This document shows, piece after piece, positions 26,491 through 39,230 of a DNA stretch of 64,000 nucleotides. The notes under the pieces were generated by a model. The model made no database searches, was not told the DNA's origin, and saw only the letters and a program-made list of their open reading frames with translations. This DNA is from Eledone cirrhosa (taxonomy: Eukaryota), in NCBI GenBank assembly GCA_964016885.1, contig OZ024746.1, positions 88,350,001 through 88,414,000 on the forward strand, written 5' to 3'. The number at the start of each line of letters is the position of its first letter. The stretch's first letter is position 1. Position numbers and translations under genes: made by a program.

Positions 26491-27856
26491 AATCTAGCAC
26501 TATATCAGAAGTTCCTCTACACAACCAATCAATCAGCCAATTCCCACACAACTATCTGAACATTCGAATGACATACCGTACAATACAGTCCCGCAAAGGC
26601 TTGTCACAATTCAAACACATTTGATTAAATCTATTCTGTATGACGTTTTACTAAACAGCAAAGGTCACAACAACTAACCATGTCAATAATATGTATGATA
26701 TTACTAAATCGTTTCATTCTCTATCTAATATATTATGTTATTATTTTTACTCGATGTCGGAGATAAAAGAAACGAGTTGAAACAGAAAAGTGTTACTTAT
26801 ATTAAATACAGGCACTATATAACAGTCAATTAAACAAACACATTTCAGACATGGTCTTCTTCATTGATTCTATGAATATGTTATGGAGTAAAACTTGAAT
26901 GGCAGCTAGGGATTTGAAAGTAAGTTAGATATTTGATTCTAGACGTGTTCTTATTTCCCCGTGGCCTCTACTGGAAAGCTACTATAAGAGCAACAGATGA
27001 GTATATCTACACCATTGTGGTTCAGTCAGAAAATGATAGTTTGGCTCTGTACAATATATTCACAAAATTACTGTGTTTGTTATTGATATGTGGATAGTAT
27101 ATTAAGCATGTTGTTTACAACGATAGACTTCTTATTAATCAATATATATCAGCTGCTTCACCTATGAATGGAATGGATTTAGTTCATTAAAATACATTAG
27201 CCAGGGGTAATCTCATAATAATTTGCGCACTGTCGTTAAGAAAGAAAAATTGCAATCATTGTAATTGCTAGAGAAAACAATCGTCAGATACCCCTGGCTT
27301 AATTTTTTTCTCATACACTATTAAAAGCTAAATGCTTACTTAATTAGTCATTGTGGTTGTGGTTAATTATTAAAAAAAATTCTATTGTGCTACGTATTGT
27401 CTAAATTGTGAGCGATTCTTGTACAAAACGTTAAATGCATCTAAGGTAAGAAAGAAACACAAAAGAACACATAAACGAAATGCGCGTAATTTGACAATCT
27501 ATTTCAATAATCGATCATTCTTCTAGGCAGAATCGGGTCTCGTGTTGTCTTCTGATATTTCGTATCCATATTTTATTATTTGTTCTTTGAAACTCTTCTG
27601 GAAATCCTAATCAATATCGTTAATAACTGTAAAGATATCCTTAGGGATTAAGATGAGAAATTATCTAAGACATAATTAGCGAATAATTGAAATGTGAGGA
27701 TTCGGTGATTGCCATTAAAATTCCATTTCAAATGATTCAACAGTGAAACCTGATGTTCAAAAGGAAATGGAACTCGAAATATATGATGAACAAAATCCAG
27801 AAGTAATAGAAAAAATGTCATAGCTTATGAGATAATTAGTTATATATGTAGTACAT

Positions 27857-28004
<148 letters not shown>

Positions 28005-29575
28005 ATGCACTACATATACTGTGTCCTGTATATTAAACAGGTTCAGAATATATGAATATATATTAAATCGTTTCACCAACTCTCTTTAAATGATTAATTT
28101 AGAAAGAATTAATTTGAAACGAGACACAATTTCAAACCTAGATCTCAGCTGCATCTAATAGACTACCTTGGAACATTTAAGTCTTAACATAAAATCAAGT
28201 TACATGTTGCGTTTGTGGCAACGCAGATAAAACTAGTATATAACAACAGTAGATATAATATATTCCATCATAATCATAACACATATTGAGTAATATGTTC
28301 AGGGAAATAAACATTAAATGGATATGTGTAGGCTTGTTCCAGACTACCATAATGCTGCACTGATGGAACTTAACTTCCTGCAGGATTAAATATATACCAG
28401 ACGATATGAACAATATAGCAGATGCAATTATAAACTCTCTTTCTAAATGCATTTTTTGTATTCCTGTAGATAGCAGTATGATTATATTTTCTAGTTTTTA
28501 TCGTACGATAACAATAGTAATATCATGTAATATAATCTTTATAACACATACTGGCTGTTGTTCCTTATTTTGAGGTAATATTTATATTTTACCCCGATGC
28601 TCTTCTTGTTGTATAAACATTGTTATAAACGATATTTATCACTCCAAATACTTCAAAATATACATGCCCCACTAAAATAATTTTCAAAGACTGGCCAAAT
28701 ATAATGTACTTGCTAAACAATAATTAAATTGTTAGTCTGGAAATCAATTCAAATAACATGGACCGTAACATAAAAAAAATATGCATGCATTTGATTTTGA
28801 CTTCAAGCAATCACGGGAAATATGAAATAATTGATGTACATAACTACAACGTTCAATATATCTTTATTTAAAAATATATATATAGAAAGGCATGACGCTC
28901 AAAATAATTGACGTTTTACCCAATAATATACACGAAGGTTCATTTCACTCGGCCAGTTTCTATTCTCATACCATTTTAAACTGTTTTTCATAGACACTTT
29001 TATATCATTTATTTCTACATCGTAATCTATTTAATGGTAGCAATAGAAATGTACTGTGAAACCAGAATATGGTCTCTTTAAACAATATATACACGAGTCA
29101 AATGTGATACTAAGCGTGAGTTCGTTCTCCGAAACTTTTCCAGTGGCTGAATTCAAATCATAATAAAGAAGAAAAAGAGAAAGAAAAACAAACTTTGGTT
29201 GGTGACGATTGGCGCTTAACAGCAGTATACGAGGTTCTTATATCATAGATCTGATCATTGAAGTGCTCTGGAGAAAAATGATTTGTAATAAAAAAAAAAG
29301 CACGTGTATTAGAATGTTAAAGGAAATTATATTTGCCATTATTAACTATACGAATTTCAAAGTAATGGCACGCAGATTTTTAGATACAAGTACAAGAGAC
29401 ATATTTATTATGCAAATAATTATTTACAACAGCAAATGACACGCACACACACATACGGTTATTGACACATATATATTCAGACACAAATATTTCGTCAAAT
29501 CGGACCGGGGAAACAATGTTTCCATTGGTCTTTCCAATTGCCAATACTATATATCGGTGGCAACTCCAGGTAGAA

Positions 29576-29657
29576 GGAGCAACGTGAAATAAAGTGTCTT
29601 GCTCATGGACACAACTCAGCCCTGGAATCGAACTGACAACCTCGCGATTGCGAATCC

Positions 29658-29658
<1 letters not shown>
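29576..29658 (-). mobile_element. Fragment of a second tRNA-derived SINE family
   Basis: aagtgtcttgctcatggacacaac followed by ggaatcgaact (reverse B-box) is typical of the reverse strand of CORE-like SINEs. Confidence 0.55.
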
Positions 29659-29698
<40 letters not shown>

Positions 29699-29700
<2 letters not shown>

Positions 29701-29846
29701 CGAAGGAAATGTGGTAAGGAACCAGGTGGACCATAACGCACCAAAGTACTCAATATTTAGGGTAGAAGAGTGGGTAATAGGAACGAGGAGGACTCCGACG
29801 GCTGAGCTCAAGCCGTTTCGACGGCTAATTCTGGACTAAAATAGCC
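29699..29846 (-). mobile_element. PLE pseudo-LTR tail (same family as 44696-45243)
   Basis: Reverse complement matches ~45100-45243, including the GAAAC/stem III half of the hammerhead; a shorter piece recurs at 30499-30544. Confidence 0.8.
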
Positions 29847-30324
29847 ATGGCGAAAGAGGTTGTATGGTGGACGCGTCTGAAAGGACTGAGGTCAGACACC
29901 TTTCTCTCTGGCCAACAACTGGTCCGTTTCTTCCGATATCATTTCGGAAGAAGGATCAGGATGGAGAGAGAGGTGCTGCACCCCAGCCGTTTCTATGAAA
30001 GATGGGTGAAAGTGGCGAGAAAGGCCCGTGTGAATGGGCCTTCACTCTACATCAGACTATAGGTGAGGAAGATGAAAGACCAAGGGAGCACCCCTTCTCT
30101 GTGCTCCTGAGGAGAAGGGTTGCACACTTTTTTCGGGGGTGTGCGCGACCCCCCAAGGCGCCTCCTCTCTATTGAGGAATTTGTTATAAATTTTTTTTGT
30201 TATATTTTATTTTATTTTTATATATTGTTATTGCCTCCTCCTTATTGAGGACGCCTTGTTTTGTAAACTCCCCCCCATTGTACTTGTCCCACTTTTGATG
30301 CCCTGGTGGCAAATAAAAGAAACA
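29844..30324 (+). mobile_element. 3' fragment of a related Tx1-like LINE
   Basis: ORF MAKEVVWWTRLKGL..FF.YH..R.IR.ER is homologous to the ORF2 C-terminus at 20213-20380; ends aaataaaagaaaca. Confidence 0.85.
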
Positions 30325-30440
30325 TATCTTACTGGTAATAAGGTAGTAATAAATTACTCTCTTTCACTATTAAGGGTTTATAATACATATAACTATAAAA
30401 GGTTTTAGTATATACATAACCATAAATAGTATCCTTATAT
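30325..30440 (-). repeat. Dispersed repeat, inverted copy of 40722-40832 (probable PLE tail)
   Basis: Reverse-complement match; the continuation tgtaataacatcagttgttctacagagcagtta is at both 30547 and 40844. Confidence 0.7.
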
Positions 30441-30445
30441 ATATG

Positions 30446-30501
<56 letters not shown>

Positions 30502-30575
30502 AACGAGTAGGACCCCGACGGCTGAGCTCAAGCCGTTTCGACGTCTGTAATAACATCAGTTGTTCTACAGAGCAG

Positions 30576-30626
<51 letters not shown>

Positions 30627-30700
30627 CAGGCACCCATACATATGTAGATACATTCATAGACAGACATACAACAACCCTCACATACATGAATATATATATA

Positions 30701-30752
<52 letters not shown>

Positions 30753-31554
30753 CTGTGTGTTGTATGTGTGTATGTTTATGTATGTATCTACATATGTATG
30801 GGTGCCTGTGTATACTCACCGTGATTATTATACTTTTTACGTGTAAGATAATGTAATGTCAATTTCTGAATATCTGTATGTTTGCATTGTGTACTCCATG
30901 CATACAAGGCAATATCTATGATTATATTGATAATCCCCTGAAGTGAATGAATGATTTTACTTCTAAATATTCCCATGTTCTGTTTCTGTGATACCCTTTT
31001 CTGTGTCATACGTTATTTTTTTTTATATACAACGTGTTGTTTATCAAGGAAAACGAAAGCTAAACTACAAAAACGAGGAAAGTAGAAAAAAATCAAAACA
31101 TGTATACATGATGAAGTCATAATCAGTAGCTTACGAGAAGAAAAAAGAATGACGAAAGCCAGATATCTCCAGTCATTCTATGTTTTCATTGCACATAGAT
31201 AAATAAATAACAAAATATGTCCTTAGAGTTCTTACGTAAAGAAAGTTTGCAGTACAGTAAATGTATGTTCGTGTTTTTTTATTCCGTTCTGCAACCTTTT
31301 TTATTTCCGAAAATATAATTACTCCCATGAAAATATTGGACCGATATTCTTTGTTTTATAACACTCCCAGGTGTCTCCTTTCTCTTTCAAAATATATAAG
31401 TTGGTAAGAGTATTTAGAAAAGATTCTTCAGCAGAATAATGTGTATAAGAATGCATGTATATAGGAGATGAAGCGTAATATTTTTTTTTAAACTAGAATA
31501 TATATATAGTACAATATATATAAATTGACTGAAAATGGGTATACTGGAGTGGAT

Positions 31555-32290
31555 GTGTGAGTCGCAGGGAAAATGAATTTAGCACAAGATCCACATGGCA
31601 GGTGCAATGTGTCCGAACACGGAAGAGCCTAACTGCTACCGCCATCGCCCCCATTTCTCTCGCACTTCCCATCTCTCTGTATAGTGAGAAATGGGGTCCC
31701 ACGAGCTGGCCTCCCCACAGTCCTGTCGGACAGAATGGAAAAGGTGTTTTACCTGGGGTCGGTAAAGGAGATGGGTTCGAAGTAGCATACCATCTCGCGA
31801 GGTTCACACCTGCAGTTGGCCAGCTCAGCGCATATGATGATGAATAGGGAGGTAACCCTAGGGCCAAGGACGCCAGAAGTCTCTACTGCCGTGGGCACGA
31901 CCGCAAACCTATCGAAGAGCGATCGGTACTTATATAGAAGATGGTACTTATATAGAAGATGGAAGATAGCTGACATTGACCCCATGCGGTTTCAGCTTGT
32001 GATCAGCAAGGCTATTTCAAGGTTATTAACAATATCTTTCGCTCCAGAATGTTAGTGCGATATAGGGAATTAGTTGCACACACTTTTGTTAAATATGTCA
32101 GTGAGATAAGCTGGCATGAGAATCTTGCTAAGGGAAGAAGATGGATGAGAAATAAGGAAGGAGGTGCGGTGTCAGGTAATGGAAGGGGTATTGATAAAGT
32201 CTGGGAAGTAGGAGGAATGGTATTTATGTGAAAGGTAGAGGCAGGGAGGATAAGGGCTATAGGAAGCTTCAGAATAAAAAAAAGGAAAGA
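31555..32290 (-). mobile_element. Decayed CRE-like RLE LINE fragment
   Basis: KYRSLFDRFAVVPTAVETSGVLGP...CEPREMVCYFEPISF resembles the CRE-clade C-terminal F.P.A.ET.G..G motif. Confidence 0.55.
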
Positions 32291-32592
32291 AACGGAGTTA
32301 CGATTGTCAACGCAAAGTACACATAGAAATTAGAAGGTGAATAAAGGAAGATGTTTTTAGATATTATAAAGTATGTTTGTAAAAATAGATAAATAAATGA
32401 ATAAATACGATTAAGGAAATTGAAAAAATAAATAATTGAGTAGATGAATAAATGAATAATGGAACAGTGTCATTTGTCGTAAAATATATGTATTATATAT
32501 ACATACTACACAAATACATATACAAACGTGCATACACCAACACACACACACACATATATATACAAACGTGCATACACCAACACACACACACG

Positions 32593-32658
<66 letters not shown>

Positions 32659-32659
<1 letters not shown>

Positions 32660-32852
32660 GTTATTCCGGGTTGAATCGGAGGTAACCACAGTAAGTAAGG
32701 TACTCAATACTTTGCAGAGTATAAAAGTTCTAATATAGATGAGATTCTACAGGAATAGAACTGTCTCATTCTTTAGAAATCATCAGGAATCTGATGATTT
32801 CTAAAGAATGAGACAGTTCTAGTCCTGTAGAATCTCATCTATATTATAACTT
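32659..32852 (-). mobile_element. Fold-back PLE pseudo-LTR remnant in (TA)n
   Basis: 62-nt arms 32725-32786 / 32791-32852 with 2 mismatches, loop GAAT; left arm extends ~65 nt further; (TA)n flanks. Confidence 0.7.
32744..32790 (-). ncRNA. Type-I hammerhead ribozyme-like motif (GAAA changed to GAGA)
   Basis: Minus strand reads ATTC-CTGATGA-TTTC taaa GAAT-GAGA-CAG..CTG-TA-GAAT; mirrored on the plus strand from 32791. Confidence 0.65.
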
Positions 32853-32903
32853 ATATATATATATATATATACACATAGACTTATATATATATATACATAG
32901 AGA

Positions 32904-33003
<100 letters not shown>

Positions 33004-33959
33004 TTAAGAGTTAAACAAGATTCAATGAATACAACAAAAAATGAGTTTTACAATAGATTGGAAGCACTCTACAATTATATTTTCCAGAGTTATTAATATT
33101 AATTCAAAATATTAACAAAATAGATATACTTGTTATCAATTATATGTTATTATACATATTTCAGAGGTACTAAATTAAGTTCAAGAGTTCGTTCAACAGA
33201 TAAACTAAAATGATACATGACATACCCTGACGTGGTAGATGGTTAAGATTTAACCAAGATAGTGATTAACTTATGACAAAACTCAATATTTATACCCTAA
33301 TATTGGGAACATGAGAACACGTAATACAAACAATAGAGTGTGAGTAATATATTTTAAGAAATACATCGCATCAATATAACTGTTATAACATTTTTTTTTT
33401 AAACTACTAGAGAAAGAGGAGGGAAAGGAAAGCATAGAGGAAGAAACAGCTGATGTGAAAACTTATTTAGTATTTAGCTTGAGAAGACATTAATTCATTA
33501 ATTCCTCAATTTGTATGTGTGGTTGTGTGTGTGTGACTGTAGAGGTGGATGTGAGTGTACATGCAAGCCAACCTACATAAGTCTTTTTATTTGTAAATTT
33601 TCTACTCTAAACATAATTTTCGGTAGCACCACTCCACATAAATTCCTCAATTTAAGCATGACCTGTAGTATAGATTTTATACTATTAACCTTAATTGAAT
33701 ATATATCTGACCAGGAATGCTTTTTGTGAAAATCAGTCATATGGAACTATTGTCAGCTTGCCTGACGGTTTGAACTTTACAACACCAGCTGCTTCTTTGA
33801 GGTGAAATACCAACCCTACTAGCATCTACAAACTGATCAATGAGAATTAAGACTATTCCTGCTGACAACATTAAATTATTCCTAACAAGCTCATATGTCC
33901 CAAGGCTCTGAGACCATCAACACTATAAACACAGAGCTGGCATATCTAAGAACTGACTA

Positions 33960-34015
33960 ACTGCCTGATGAGGTCATAGCCATTCAATGGCTATCATCGA
34001 AATATATATAGCAGT
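33960..34015 (+). ncRNA. Minimal type-I hammerhead ribozyme, canonical core
   Basis: ACTGC-CTGATGA-ggtc ATAGCCATT c AATGGCTAT catc-GAAA-TATATA-TA-GCAGT; palindromic stem III; ~45 nt upstream of (TA)n. Confidence 0.85.
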
Positions 34016-34060
34016 AAATAAAGGATTATGAGTTCATGCAATTGACCTATTTTTAGTCAC

Positions 34061-34113
<53 letters not shown>

Positions 34114-34115
<2 letters not shown>

Positions 34116-34378
34116 AGTAAGAATATTTTCGAAACAGCGAGTGGGTTTGAAATTATTAGAAATGTAAACTATCAGCGTATTTTGACTAAATAAATTAAAG
34201 AAATTATTTAGCCTGATAGTGGGGATCGGAGAAATGGAAAAGATGAGTATTGACGTACATGAACGTCAATACTCATCTTAATCCATTTCTCCGAGGGTTC
34301 TTAACCACACTATCAGGCTAAATAATTTCTTTAATTTCTTTAGTCAAAATACGGCGATAGCTTACATTTCTAATAATA
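34114..34378. repeat. Imperfect fold-back palindrome (~110-nt arms), no hammerhead core seen
   Basis: attattagaaatgtaa...gagtattgacgt / acgtcaatactc...ttacatttctaataat; (TA)n on the left, SINE on the right. Confidence 0.85.
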
Positions 34379-34380
34379 AT

Positions 34381-34485
34381 AATAATTGTTTCTACTCTTG
34401 GCACAAGGCCAGCAATTATTCCAGTGTATTACTGGTACTTTATTTTATCGACCCCGTAAGGATGAAAGGCAAAGTTAACCTCGGC
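34381..34485 (-). mobile_element. S1 SINE, 5'-truncated
   Basis: Reverse complement of the S1 3' half, flanked by TAA repeats. Confidence 0.85.
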
Positions 34486-34505
34486 ATAATAATAATAATA
34501 ATAAT

Positions 34506-34544
<39 letters not shown>

Positions 34545-34635
34545 AGTTTTGCGAGGTTTTTTATATGAAATCGTGTGTCGATACAAATATTGTTATACTT
34601 GTATATATTGTTATACTTATATATATTGTTATACT

Positions 34636-34815
34636 TATATTGTATCTGTATTATTTTTGACCGTCGGCCAGTCAATGGCAACATTGAGGACCGAGTAAAT
34701 TAGATTACCGATATAAAAGACACAGAAGCGAAAGGCGAAAACCAACCAAACAGTGAATGTGTTCTGTTATTAATTATGGCAATATTACACAAATATGACC
34801 CTCCCCAAGTATAAC

Positions 34816-34818
<3 letters not shown>
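34636..34818 (+). repeat. PLE tail copy (direct repeat of 38997-39180)
   Basis: ~180-nt match ending ...tgaccctccccaagtataac then (TA)n. Confidence 0.8.
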
Positions 34819-34848
<30 letters not shown>

Positions 34849-34854
34849 ATATAT

Positions 34855-35495
34855 AGGAAAAGATTCGAGACACCGACGGCTGTCATTTCGACAGCTATAT
34901 CCGAACTAAACCAGTACTGTTAGGACGGTATGTACCTGGCTGAACTCATCAAGGGATACAGTCCATATATGATGGGCTTGCTGGCAAAACAAAATAGAAG
35001 TATGAAATCAAACAATCCAGAAAAATGTTGTTTTTCTTGTCTGTCGGTGGGGAGTGGTCAATTATTTGGGAGTGTCATATACATAGTTAAATTCCTTCAT
35101 AGCGCCGGGGGCGAGATGTGGGACTGAAGAGGCCTGTACAACAAAGGGGACAGAAATATTTAAAACTAGCTATAAATTGGGGTGAAATCAGTCTATGAGA
35201 ATCAAGGAATGTTGGAGAGTGAAAGTGAGTATGCCAAGTCTAAGATTTAGCTAAAGTGCAAAGAAGATAGGTATTAATACTAATTAACTAATAAATAACA
35301 TTTAGTTATCAGTTAATCTAATGCACTGGAACGGTACCGCAATACAGTAATTTACTAGTATTATCTTTTATAATGATACACCCTATCCTATTAATACTAC
35401 CTGTTTAGTTCGGATCTAGCTTTCGAAACAGCCGGAGCACAGCCATCATGACTCTGTTCCTATTAACCACTCTACTACCCTAAGTATCGAGGAAT
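34855..35495. mobile_element. PLE-like remnant with short inverted ends
   Basis: ttcgacagctatatccgaactaaac (~34887) vs gtttagttcggatctagctttcgaa (~35403); tail resembles 45150-45195 and 60430-60510; (TA)n flanks. Confidence 0.55.
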
Positions 35496-35898
35496 ATATA
35501 TGTACATACACGTATATATGTGTATGGGTGTTTTTGCATGTAATGTGTATGACGAATGTATGTATCTGTGTGTCAACATTTTATATACAGGGGAACATAC
35601 AACCTATACATTGTGATTAGCATATGAGCAATATAAGTAATTATATGCTACTAATATTTGATATATAGATATGTGAAATATATATTTGTATTATATACAT
35701 GCTGTGTACCTATATGTTCGATATGCCTATATAGTGTTCGATATGCCTATATTATGAATACGCGTAAAATATATGTGCGTCTGTATGGGAATTACATGAA
35801 AATATATATACATAGTGAATGCAACATGTACAGTATAGATATTAACATATTTGTGGTTATGGCTACGCATGTATGAATGTATGAGGTTATTCTTATAT

Positions 35899-35978
<80 letters not shown>

Positions 35979-35985
<7 letters not shown>

Positions 35986-36416
35986 ATCAAAAGATGGTTA
36001 AAAGAGTTCCCTGTATTTTATTATGCGCATTTGAAAAACATATATCATCATGCAATAATATTTGTGTTTTCATCAAATAAATTAGGAAGACATGATATGA
36101 AGGTTAAAAAACACTTGTGAATAGTGCAGTTTTAAATCAACATATATGTAGTTAAAACTGCAGATATGTTGATTTAAAACTGCACTATTCACAGGTGTTT
36201 TTTAACCTTCATATCATGTCTTCCTATTTTATCTGATGAAAAAACAAATATTATTGTATGATGATATTTGTTTTTGAAATGCTCATAATAAAATACATGG
36301 AACTCTTTTAACCATCTGTTGATCTTATATATTATTTATACTCCAGTCCTACAAACTGTGGAGTGCTTCTTATCCGATATCTGCATTGCTTTATTGTACT
36401 ACAATAAAACTCACCT

Positions 36417-36420
<4 letters not shown>
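35979..36420 (+). mobile_element. Fold-back PLE pseudo-LTR remnant in (TA)n (~175-nt arms)
   Basis: Arms 35979-~36152 / ~36155-36330; right arm extends to 36418; (TA)n both sides. Confidence 0.75.
36225..36295 (+). ncRNA. Type-I hammerhead ribozyme, canonical core
   Basis: TATTTTAT-CTGATGA-AAAAACAAATATT..GATATTTGTTTTT-GAAA-TGCTCA-TA-ATAAAATA; 8-bp stem I, 13-bp stem II; the mirrored left-arm copy has core mutations. Confidence 0.85.
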
Positions 36421-36499
<79 letters not shown>

Positions 36500-36509
36500 C
36501 TGTGTGTGA

Positions 36510-36574
<65 letters not shown>

Positions 36575-36630
36575 TATATATATATATACATGCGTATTTA
36601 TATACACACACACATATATATATATATACA

Positions 36631-36725
<95 letters not shown>

Positions 36726-37200
36726 TTGTGTGTGTGTGTGTATACATATATATATATATATACACACACACATATATATGTATATATATATCTGTGTTCG
36801 TGTGTATATATATGTATATATATATATATATAGTGGTAGAACACTGGAAGGTAATATCCGTAGTCGGTGGAGCCTTATGTTGGTTGACTTGTACATACAC
36901 TCACACCTACCCCCTCAGACACACACACATCTACACGCACAAATCCATACAGGTATGCATATATATATATATATGTGCGCACAAGTATATATATATATAA
37001 ATATACATATACATAAAAATATATATATACATAAAATATATATATACATAAAATATATATACATACATAAAATATATATATATATAAAATATATATATAC
37101 ATAAAATATACATACATATATATATATATATATAAAAAAAAAAAAATATATATATATATGTAAAATATATAAAATACACATATATACACATATAAAATAT

Positions 37201-37274
<74 letters not shown>

Positions 37275-37277
37275 AAA

Positions 37278-38157
37278 TCAGGTTCAATAAAACGTGGTTT
37301 TGATGACTCCTAACCAGTAGAGGATCCGTAGACCATCCACCATAGGGACCACAAACTATGGGTGATTGTTGTTATTCATTGGTCATTGGTACGAGGTGTA
37401 AGGGCCTACATAGCGGGGGTGGGGGGTGGTTGATGTGTGGGGCTTTAACCGGGGTTTATCCATTAGGAAAGTACCCGTCCTTAGCTGTCAGCAGGGACGG
37501 AATACATCGGCCCTTCTGTTTAATAGCTTGGTTTCGCCATGAAGTATCTCGAGTGTCTCACTAAGACAGAGGTTGCAAATACCAGATCCGCTTCTGTCTG
37601 GGGGAACTTTTCTAACCACGGACCAGACCAGAGAATGCGGGGTCTTTTCACGTTTGAGCTTCCAGATCAATTCAGAAGGGGCCGTACATTTACTCCTATC
37701 TATTCTGTTAAAGGAATGGCGATGGTTATACCGCCGATCTTTGAAGTTCGTCGCTGTGGTTCCTACGTTTTTCGTCATGCATTCATTACTAAGGGGGCAC
37801 AGTGATGGGTCTCTGCAATTACATGACTTCTTAAGCCCACCACATGTACCGCTTGGGTACCATCACTCGGGGTTGGCTGGGTAGCCTCTGCAATCAGCAC
37901 AGGGTCGTTGGCTTCCGGTGTGCTAGTTGGGCCTGTCCGGGTTCCGGTGTGTCCCGAGTGCTGGTTCTGTTGGGTGGCTCCGGGATTTACGGTGGTATTA
38001 GAGGCAGTGACCCTATTCCTAGTTATGCCAGCTATGTGCTGGGCTACTAAGCGTGTGGTTGAGTAGGAAAGTTTCACCGTGTACCTGTTGAATACTTTAT
38101 GGTACCTATGGGCCCTAGGGAAACATTTATCCAGTACTCTAAAGAGTGTTCTAGGCA
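37278..38157 (-). mobile_element. Penelope-like element 3' fragment (GIY-YIG region plus tail)
   Basis: [57 protein letters not shown]; (TA)n both sides. Confidence 0.88.
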
Positions 38158-38173
38158 TATATATATATATATG

Positions 38174-38295
<122 letters not shown>

Positions 38296-38329
38296 TAAAC
38301 GGAATAGAAAATGCTGACAAATTGTTCAA

Positions 38330-38360
<31 letters not shown>

Positions 38361-38390
38361 GTATATTTATATATATATATATATATATAT

Positions 38391-39176
38391 ATGCAGAAAC
38401 ATGACAACAACATACATAGGTGAGACAGCTCGTAGCATAGGGGAAAGGATAGACCAACACTGGGGGGAACTAAAAGACGAAAAAATGGGTCAGTACTATA
38501 CGAACATGCTAGACAACAACATGACGGTAACATAGACAACATAGAAATTAGAATATTTTCTAAACATAGAAATGACCCAGCAGATAGGCAAATCAGAGTA
38601 GCCAGTGAAATAGAAATTAGAAGACTAAACAGGAAGAATGAATGGAATCACAACAAACCCAAACAAACAACACTGACCTAAGAGAAGTATAAATAAGTAA
38701 ATAACATAAAATAAATAAATAAATAAATACATACACAAGCACAATAACAACAAGCACATAAACACACACTAGTCACCCATCACACAGCAAACAAAACACT
38801 ATACGCACACGCAAACGCATGCGCAAAGAAGACAAAATAAAATAAACAAACAAGCAAATAAAAAAATATATATATAGACAGACTGAATAAAAATGGCGTA
38901 GACATACAATACAACAGGAGGAAAAGATACACCACTGACGATGTTGCAGATGTGCAACGAAAGATTTATGATAAACTATATATATGTGTTTGTGTCTATA
39001 TTGTATCTGTATTATTTTTTACCGTCGGTCAGTCAATGGCAACATTGAGGACCGAGTAAGTTAGGTTAACGATATAAAAGACACAGAATCGAGAAGCGAA
39101 AACCAACCAAACAGTGAGTGTGTTCTGTTATTAATTCTGGCAATATTACACAAATATGACCCTCCCCAAGTATAAC

Positions 39177-39180
<4 letters not shown>
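38391..39180 (+). mobile_element. PLE 3' fragment (GIY-YIG half plus pseudo-LTR), related to the 52117 element
   Basis: [31 protein letters not shown]; AC-rich UTR with atggcgtag as at 54180; hammerhead at 38931. Confidence 0.85.
38931..38972 (+). ncRNA. Minimal type-I hammerhead ribozyme motif
   Basis: ACCA-CTGACGA-t GTTGCA gatg TGCAAC-GAAA-GATT-TA-TGAT; perfect stem II, weak stems I and III. Confidence 0.75.

Positions 39181-39230
<50 letters not shown>

Noticed and set aside
26849-26925. Exon-like segment tttcag...gtaagt
   Set aside because: Stops in all three frames; no supporting context.
28398-28465. Minus-strand signal-peptide-like mini-exon MHLEREFIIASAILFISS
   Set aside because: Plausible AG/GT ends but no convincing downstream exons; expected by chance in AT-rich DNA.
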